From an uncultured Actinomycetota bacterium (GTDB taxonomy: Bacteria; Actinomycetota; Actinomycetes; Propionibacteriales; Nocardioidaceae), in assembly GCA_963761285.1 (NCBI GenBank), contig CAVXGJ010000008.1:86062-150061 (forward strand): a DNA stretch of 64,000 nt. The letters run 5' to 3'. Under the pieces are notes generated by a model. The model worked only from the letters and a program-made list of their open reading frames with translations. It searched no databases and had not been told where the DNA came from. Shown here one piece after another: positions 57,449-64,000 of this stretch (position 1 is the stretch's first letter; each line of letters opens with the position of its first letter). Made by a program: the position numbers and the translations under genes.

Positions 57449-58707
57449 TTACTTGGCGTAGACGCCGATGGCGTTGGCGACCTTCCGCTCGGCGCCGTCG
57501 GAGGGTGAGTTGGTGATCTTCACCTTGCCGTTGGGCCGGCGGGCCAGCATCGTCGAGGAGCCGCCGCCGTCGAGGTTGAGCGCCTCGTCGGCGCCGAGCT
57601 CGATCATCAGCTCGGCCAGCTCGACCATCGTGTAGCCGCGGCTGAAGTCCTGTCGTCCGTCGATGACGAGCAGCAGCAGCCGGTGGGTGTCGCGGTCGAT
57701 GCCGATGGCGGTGCGTGGGTGGAGCTCGCGGTCGTCGACGACCTTCACGACCCCGTCGTCGATGAGGAACTGGTTGCCGGTGATCGCCATTCTGGGGGAG
57801 TCGGCCAACCGTGAGACCAACGAGACCCGCGAGCCCTTCTTCAGCCGGCGCAGCGCCTCGGCTCCGGGGCCCCGACCGATGAGCATCCGACCCTCGAGGA
57901 GCTTGCCCGACGTCAGCTTGGTCCGGTTGCGGATCACCACGCCGTTGCGCAGCAGCACCATCCGCACGTCGCGGGTCTGCCCGTCGACGACCCGGTAGCC
58001 GGAGGTCCTGCCCCACGAGGGCGAGTAGACGCCGATCCCGCCGATCGCCACCGACGGTGAGTTGACGTTGGTGATCTCCACCCCCGGCCGCTGCTTGATC
58101 GTCGTGACGACCTCGAGGGTGCCGATCTGCGGGACCCCGCGGCGGCCGAGGTAGAACGCGGAGTTCCAGCCGCTGAGCCGGCCGTGGAGCAGTCCTCGCT
58201 GGCGGTCGCGTCCGATCCCCAGCGGCGCACCGGTGTCGCCGATGTCGAAGAAGTCGCCGTTGACCCCGGCGATCGCACCGTCGCTCTTGAGCATCCTGCT
58301 CGTGGTCGCGGTCCGGGCGACGTGGCCGGTGTTGGCGTAGTCGAGGCTGAGCCCGTTCTGCTTCCAGTCGACGCTCAGCAGGTGGGCGCGGACCGGTCCT
58401 CGTTGGTCCGTCTGGTCCCACGAGGTGGCGATGATGCCGGGGGCCACCTCCCACTGCTTGCGGATCGACACGTCGCGGGCCACGTCGCCCGAGCCGTTGC
58501 CGGACCCGCGCGCAGCCGTCGATCGCGGTCGCGCGATGGCGCCCACCACGCCGTCACTGGTCTGGGGCACGTCGTCGGCGGTGCGCACCCGCGAGGCGGG
58601 GTCGCCCGACGGATCTGGGTCGGCGGGAAGGGGGAAGGCACGGCCAAGGCAGCCGGTGCGATGAGCACGGGCAGGCAGGCAAGGACGAGCGAGGGGAAGG
58701 TTCGCAC
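57449..58707 (-). CDS. Secreted phosphodiester glycosidase (NAGPA/DUF2233 family; frameshift near 58600)
   Basis: GVNGDFF, HPRTAIG, VIDGRQ, ALNLDGGGSS; signal peptide in the adjacent frame. Confidence 0.88.
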
Positions 58708-58725
58708 TACCTCAGAGTAAGGAAC

Positions 58726-60321
58726 TCAACGCGCGAGCACCGGGAGATGCACGACCGTGTCGTCGATCGTGATGAGCCCGGGGCTGCGCGAGCTCATCGC
58801 CACGAAGGTGTCGCTGATGGGCGAGACGAGCAGGTAGAGGCGCTGGCCCTCCGGCACCTGCACCGCGACCGACGGCAGGTCGACGCGGCGCTCGACGCCC
58901 GCGACCGGCAGCGTCTCCGAGAGCGGCAGCACGTTGTTCTGCACCAGCCGCGCATCGAGCGGGGAGGTGCCGATGGCCAGACCGTAGAAGGCACGGTTCT
59001 GCACGCCCAGAGCCGTCACGGCGCCGGTGAGGTACGGCGTACCGGCCACGGTCAGCGGGCCCTCAGCGATCTCGTAGGGCAGCGGGGCGCCGGCGGCCGT
59101 GGTGCTCGCGACGGTGCCGAGGTCGATGCGCTGGGTCGCCTTGACCGAGCGCACGGTGAGGCAGGTGGAGTCCGCGGTGGCCAGGTGGATCCGGCCGTAG
59201 CCCCCGAGGCCGCGGTCGTGGCCCTTGAGCTGCTCGTCGAAGAACCGGATCGAGAGCTGCTCGAAGTCGCCGCCGGCGAGCCGCGCGCTGCACGGGTCGG
59301 AGGTGATGTTGACACCCTGCGGGAAGACCGCGGGCAGCACGTGTCCGCCGTTGTAGCCCACGAAGATGCTCTGCTTGCGCGCCCGCTTCGTGATCGCGGT
59401 GCGCCAGTTGGTCAGGCCCTGCTCGAGGGGGAAGAGCCCGTCGGTCGTGCCCTGGCCGAACAGCACCGGGATCGCGAGTCGGCGGCCCTGCCCGACGTGC
59501 CACTTCGGGCCGTTCTTCTTGAAGAACGACACCAGGTCCTCGGTGCCGGGGAGCGAGCCGTCGGGGTAGGTGCCGGTCACGGCGCCCTCGACGAGGGCCT
59601 TGTAGACCGGGGTCGGCAGTGCGTCAGCGGGCACGGAGGCGGCGCTCAGGGCGGCGGCCCACTCGGTGCGGACGACGCCCTCGGGCGCCAGGCTGTCGGA
59701 GACGTCGTTCCAGGTGATCTCGGGGGCGAGGGCATCGAAGACGGGCCGACCCTTGAGCCGCAGCTCCTCGAACGCGCCGACGAACTGGTAGCCGCCCCCG
59801 TAGGAGCCGCCGATCGCGCCGAGGCGCGGGTCGCCGGGGCGGTCCTGCTGCACCCAGCGCAGGGTGCTGACGTGCTGCACGAGCTTGCGTACGTCGGTCC
59901 CCTCGAGGCGGGGGTTCTCGACGTGGGCGTGGCCACCGGTCTCACCCCAGCCGCGCTGGTCGAAGGAGATCACGCCGTACCCGGCGTCGGTGAAGGCCTT
60001 GAACGCCGCCTTGTCGGTGGTGCGCGAGCCGCCCCACCCGTGACTGTGCATGATCATCGGCACCGGGCGCTTGCGGGTCGCCCCGACCGGCCTGAAGGTG
60101 GAGTAGCAGACGTCGATCTTGGTCGACGAACCCGGCTCGGGCCTGCTCTTCACGCAGCCGTCGGTGACCCGCACAGCGGGCTTCGACGCGGTGACAGCGG
60201 TCGCTGCAGCGGTCGTGACGGCGGGGGTAGCAGTGGTCGTGGCGGTGGCGGCGCCGCCGACGGCAGTCAGAGCAGAGGCCAGCAGGGCGGCGCTGAGCAG
60301 GCGCGCGGTACGGGTGGGCAT
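58726..60321 (-). CDS. Secreted CocE/NonD (peptidase S15-like) hydrolase
   Basis: Signal peptide; HSHGWGG, FDQRGWGET, GGSYGGG, GTTDGLF, GGH. Confidence 0.82.
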   Translation of the reverse strand: MPTRTARLLSAALLASALTAVGGAATATTTATPAVTTAAATAVTASKPAVRVTDGCVKSRPEPGSSTKIDVCYSTFRPVGATRKRPVPMIMHSHGWGGSRTTDKAAFKAFTDAGYGVISFDQRGWGETGGHAHVENPRLEGTDVRKLVQHVSTLRWVQQDRPGDPRLGAIGGSYGGGYQFVGAFEELRLKGRPVFDALAPEITWNDVSDSLAPEGVVRTEWAAALSAASVPADALPTPVYKALVEGAVTGTYPDGSLPGTEDLVSFFKKNGPKWHVGQGRRLAIPVLFGQGTTDGLFPLEQGLTNWRTAITKRARKQSIFVGYNGGHVLPAVFPQGVNITSDPCSARLAGGDFEQLSIRFFDEQLKGHDRGLGGYGRIHLATADSTCLTVRSVKATQRIDLGTVASTTAAGAPLPYEIAEGPLTVAGTPYLTGAVTALGVQNRAFYGLAIGTSPLDARLVQNNVLPLSETLPVAGVERRVDLPSVAVQVPEGQRLYLLVSPISDTFVAMSSRSPGLITIDDTVVHLPVLAR

Positions 60322-60389
60322 GCCTGCTCAACGAGCAGGAGTGGAGGAGGTCACACCGGGCACGACAGAAAATTGACGCGTGTCAGGAC

Positions 60390-61139
60390 TCAACGACACG
60401 GGATGGCGCCGAGCAACGACAACCCCTGCAGGTCACCCGGGCCGTACGCCGTCATGCTCGTCGCCGTCGGAAACATCAGCTCGTTGCTGTCGTCGACGTG
60501 GTCGAGGCCGACGAGGTGGCCGAGCTCGTGGAGCAGCAGCCCGAGCTGGGCGTTGGTGCCGCCGATCTGGCGGTCGAGCCGATCGGTGATGTCGGTGTCC
60601 ATGACGACCGAGCCGCTCACATAGCTGCGCTGCGGTCCGAGCCGCACCTGGGTGGGTCCGCCGACCCCGGCCACGTCGTCGGCGAGGGCGTCGACCTCCT
60701 GGTCGTCGGCCCAGGCGATGATCACCGGCAGGGCGTCGCCCGAGCGGTCGATGCGCTCGGAGAAGGCCCGGTCGTCGGTGGTGCCGGCATCGGTGAACCC
60801 CAGCCCGGTCGCATCACCCAGCTCGCCGATCGCCGTCTCGACGAGCGACTCCCAGTCGTCCGGCGCACCCGACGGGTTCACGACGTACTCGATCTCGCGG
60901 CAGGGGTTGAACCCGACCGGTCGGCCGTCGGAGTGGGTGGAGAGGAAGGCGTAGGCGCCGTTGACGTCGGCCGTCACCGCCGGTCGCAGCCGGTCCTCGA
61001 CCCCCAGGAGGGAGCGCACCGTCATGCTCACCGGACTGTTGCCGAACGTGATGTAGCCACCCACCGCGATCAGGGTCACCACGATCGAGAGCACCGTGAT
61101 GGTGCGTTCACGTTCGCGGGCGAGGGCCATGTCGTCCAT
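60390..61139 (-). CDS. Matrixin-like (M10/metzincin) metalloprotease, membrane-anchored
   Basis: HELGHLVGLDH plus Met-turn ELMFP; N-terminal TM. Confidence 0.88.
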   Translation of the reverse strand: MDDMALARERERTITVLSIVVTLIAVGGYITFGNSPVSMTVRSLLGVEDRLRPAVTADVNGAYAFLSTHSDGRPVGFNPCREIEYVVNPSGAPDDWESLVETAIGELGDATGLGFTDAGTTDDRAFSERIDRSGDALPVIIAWADDQEVDALADDVAGVGGPTQVRLGPQRSYVSGSVVMDTDITDRLDRQIGGTNAQLGLLLHELGHLVGLDHVDDSNELMFPTATSMTAYGPGDLQGLSLLGAIPCR

Positions 61140-61184
61140 GATGGCGCGGTGGTGGGAGCCGAAAGTAGGGCGGGTGCGCCGGCA

Positions 61185-62351
61185 GTGCGCCGCGACCCGG
61201 TCTGGAACAGCTTCGTCGAGGGCGACAACCTCGACGTGCTCGCGGGGCTGCCCGCGTCGTCGTACGACCTGATCTACCTCGATCCGCCCTACAACACCGG
61301 CAACGACTTCGTGTATGTCGACACCGTGCGCGCTGCCGCGGGTGGCGACCGGCACGCGGCGTGGACGGCGATGATGCGCCCGCGCCTGGAGGCGGCCCAT
61401 CGGGTGCTCGCCGAGACCGGGGCCATCTTCGTGAGCATCGACGACAACGAGGTCGCCCACCTGCGGCTCCTGATGGACGAGGTGTTCGGCGAGGCCAACC
61501 TGCTCGCGACGATCGTGGTCAACCTCAACGCCAAGGGACGCCAGCTGGGCAACGGGTTCGCGACCAATCACGAGTACCTCCTGGCCTATGCCCGCGACGC
61601 CGCGACCTGCGTGCTCGAGCCGTCGAGCCCCGACGGGGTGGACCCGCGCGACTTCCCGCTCGAGGACCCCGGCGAGCCGCGCCGCTACCGGCGCCTGCCC
61701 CTGCGCAACACCAACAAGAAGTTCAACCCGATCACGGCGCCGACCATGCACTACCCGCTCCACGGCGATCCCGACACCGGCGAGGTGCGCTCGACGGCCT
61801 TCGCCGGCGCCCACGAGATCCTGCCCGTCTTCGGCGACGCGACCTCGGCGGTGTGGCGCTGGAGCGCTCCGCTGGTCGATGCCCGCCCCGACGACCTCGT
61901 GTGCCGGCGGGTGAAGTCACGCGCTGGGGACCGGGTCGACGTCTTCCAGAAGGACTGGCTCGAGCCGGGGCGGCGCAAGAAGCTGCGCACGATCTGGTTG
62001 TCCGACGAGATCGGGTCGACCGACACCGCGGTCGCCGAGCTCAAGGCCCTGGTGGGGCACCTCTTCGAGTCACCGAAACCGACCGGCCTCATCCGGCGCA
62101 TCCTGACCACGATGCCGTCCGACGCCCGGGTCCTCGACTTCTTCGCCGGCTCCGGCACCACCGGTCACGCGGTCGCGCTCGCCAACGTCGCCGACGGCGG
62201 CAGCCGCACCTGTCTGAGCATCAACTCCGCCGAGCCGACGCGGCGCGGGTCCAACGCCGCCAACGCCGGCTACGCCACGGTCGCCGACATCACCCGCGCG
62301 CGGCTGCGGGCCGTGGCGGCGACGTACGGCGGGGGACTCGTCGAGCGCTGA
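61185..62351 (+). CDS. Orphan beta-class amino-DNA methyltransferase (Mod-like)
   Basis: GDNL, LIYLDPPYNTG, SIDDNE, FESPKP, LDFFAGSGTTGHA; start uncertain. Confidence 0.88.
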   Translation: MRRDPVWNSFVEGDNLDVLAGLPASSYDLIYLDPPYNTGNDFVYVDTVRAAAGGDRHAAWTAMMRPRLEAAHRVLAETGAIFVSIDDNEVAHLRLLMDEVFGEANLLATIVVNLNAKGRQLGNGFATNHEYLLAYARDAATCVLEPSSPDGVDPRDFPLEDPGEPRRYRRLPLRNTNKKFNPITAPTMHYPLHGDPDTGEVRSTAFAGAHEILPVFGDATSAVWRWSAPLVDARPDDLVCRRVKSRAGDRVDVFQKDWLEPGRRKKLRTIWLSDEIGSTDTAVAELKALVGHLFESPKPTGLIRRILTTMPSDARVLDFFAGSGTTGHAVALANVADGGSRTCLSINSAEPTRRGSNAANAGYATVADITRARLRAVAATYGGGLVER

Positions 62352-62361
62352 GCCGCCGGCT

Positions 62362-63768
62362 TCAGATCCCGGCAGCCTTCTCCAACGCCTTCACCTCGTC
62401 GTCGAGGTGGGTCAGCAGCCGCTGCAGGTGGGGGACCGTACGTCGGCAGCCGGTGAGGCCGAAGCCCATCTTGCCGTCGTAGGAGGTGCAGGTGATGTTG
62501 AGCGCCATCCCGTTGATCGGGATCGACAACGGGTAGTGGCCGTTGAGCTCGGCACCGTTCCAGTAGTGCGTCGACTTGGGGCCCGGCACGTTGCTGATGA
62601 TGAGGTTGTAGGGCGGCCGGACGATGCCGTTCATGCGCAGCATCGGGGTGAGGATCGCCGGCGCCTGGCCGATGGCGCTCATCGCGAGGATCTGCATCGG
62701 CGTCATCGACGAGAGCGCCTCCTTGCCGTCCTTCATGGAGCGGTGGATGGCGCTGAGGCGTCGCGCCGGGTCGTGCAGGTCGGTGGCGAGGCGCACCATC
62801 ACCGCGCCCACGGCGTTGCCACCCTCGGCCGAGGCGATGTGGGACTGCTTGGCGTTGAGGCCGACCGGGACCATCGCCACGAGGGGGGCTTCGGGGAGCG
62901 CGTCGAGCTCGAGCAGGTAGGCGCGCATCGCGCCGGCACACATCGCCAGCACGACGTCGTTGATCGTGGTGCCGGTGGCCTTCCCGATGGCGCGCAGCCG
63001 CTCGACCGGCCAGTCCTGGGCGGCGAAGCGTCGTGAGCCGGTGATGGGCTGGTTGAGGATCGTGTGGGGCGCGTGCAAGGAGACCGCCGAGGTCTCGTTG
63101 CGCAGGCTCTTGGTGATGGTCTTGACGAGGGCTCCGGGCATGCCGGCGGCCTCGGCGGTGAGACCGAGGGCGCTGCGCAGCGCCGTCATCGGGATGTCGG
63201 CGAGGCTCGTCTCGGGCGGCGCGGGCTTGCGCGTCGTCGGGGCGCGGTAGGCCCAGGGGGCCGGCATGTTGCGCTCGGTGGGGTCGGTGCTCAGGGTGCT
63301 GGCCATGAGCCGCATCGCCGAGATCCCGTCGACCAGCGAGTGGTGGATCTTGGTGTAGAGGGCGACCCTGCCGTCGCGCAGCCCCTCGATGACGTGGGCC
63401 TCCCAGAGGGGGCGCTCCCAGGCCAGCCGGGTGCTGTGCAGCCGCGAGCTGAGCTCGAGGAGCTCGCGCACGCGCCCCGGCTTGGGCAGGGCGCTGTGGC
63501 GCAGGTGGTGATCGATGTCGAACTGCTCGTCGGGCTTCCACACCAGCTGGGCGCCGGTCCGCACCGAGCGGTGCGGGTGCTTGAGGAACAAGGGCGAGAC
63601 CTCGTTGCCGTCGCGCATCTGCTCGAACATGTCACGCACGAAGGTGCGCCCGGCGCCCTCCGGCTTCTTGAAGAGCTGCAGTCCACCGACGTGCATCGGC
63701 ATGTTGCGGTTCTCGGTGAGCAGGAAGGCAGCAGAAGTCGGGTCGATCGGAGTAACCAAGGGAGTCAC
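62362..63768 (-). CDS. Wax ester synthase / diacylglycerol acyltransferase
   Basis: PMHVGGL, KIHHSLVDG, ISNVPGP, LNITCTSY. Confidence 0.93.
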   Translation of the reverse strand: MTPLVTPIDPTSAAFLLTENRNMPMHVGGLQLFKKPEGAGRTFVRDMFEQMRDGNEVSPLFLKHPHRSVRTGAQLVWKPDEQFDIDHHLRHSALPKPGRVRELLELSSRLHSTRLAWERPLWEAHVIEGLRDGRVALYTKIHHSLVDGISAMRLMASTLSTDPTERNMPAPWAYRAPTTRKPAPPETSLADIPMTALRSALGLTAEAAGMPGALVKTITKSLRNETSAVSLHAPHTILNQPITGSRRFAAQDWPVERLRAIGKATGTTINDVVLAMCAGAMRAYLLELDALPEAPLVAMVPVGLNAKQSHIASAEGGNAVGAVMVRLATDLHDPARRLSAIHRSMKDGKEALSSMTPMQILAMSAIGQAPAILTPMLRMNGIVRPPYNLIISNVPGPKSTHYWNGAELNGHYPLSIPINGMALNITCTSYDGKMGFGLTGCRRTVPHLQRLLTHLDDEVKALEKAAGI

Positions 63769-63931
63769 CTTTCGTCATGGTGATCCTTGCGTGCTGTGAA
63801 GGCGATCACAAGGCTCCCCGTCCGGCGGACCGAGGGTTTGCCCTTGCATCGCGTCGAATCCCTTGTGGCCGATGGGATCGAGGGCGCACGCTCAGTGCGC
63901 CCCACGTCAGCCACCCTCCGGGAGTCAACCC

Positions 63932-64000
63932 ATGCTCGCCATCCGCCGCCGTCTGCTCGCTCTCGTGGTGCTCGGCGTCGGGCTCTCCTCCACGCTCGTG
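63932..64000 (+). CDS. Start of a probable exported protein (runs off window)
   Basis: ATG after GGGAG; MLAIRRRLLALVVLGVGLSS signal-like sequence. Confidence 0.55.
   Translation, partial: MLAIRRRLLALVVLGVGLSSTLV

Overview
High-GC actinobacterial chromosome segment; gene content and order suggest a Nocardioides-like organism (inference). It holds about 60 protein-coding genes. I saw no rRNA, tRNA, CRISPR array, transposase or integrase. Core blocks are dinG, phoD plus a second phosphatase, lexA / LysM gene / nrdR-nrdJ, glgA-glgC and a WS/DGAT gene. Accessory blocks are (1) an ApbE / ferric-reductase-like / NuoF-like / ferredoxin operon with a two-component system (1.4-8.5 kb); (2) a patchwork region after nrdJ (23.5-39.4 kb) with three paralogues of an uncharacterised family, Mug, an ADP-ribosylglycohydrolase, vapBC and a low-GC islet; (3) an adhesin-like protein fused to a class F sortase; (4) an esxF-esxE-cpnT-like toxin/immunity locus with an RNase-A-like warhead. 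The most striking signal is non-coding: a DnaA-box motif (often GTTATCCACAGATYGCTYCG) sits 48-49 nt upstream of a -10-like hexamer in front of six or seven genes from unrelated families. At least 15 single-base frameshifts suggest an imperfectly polished long-read assembly. Frameshifted genes were reconstructed by eye, and family assignments come from motif recognition, not database searches.
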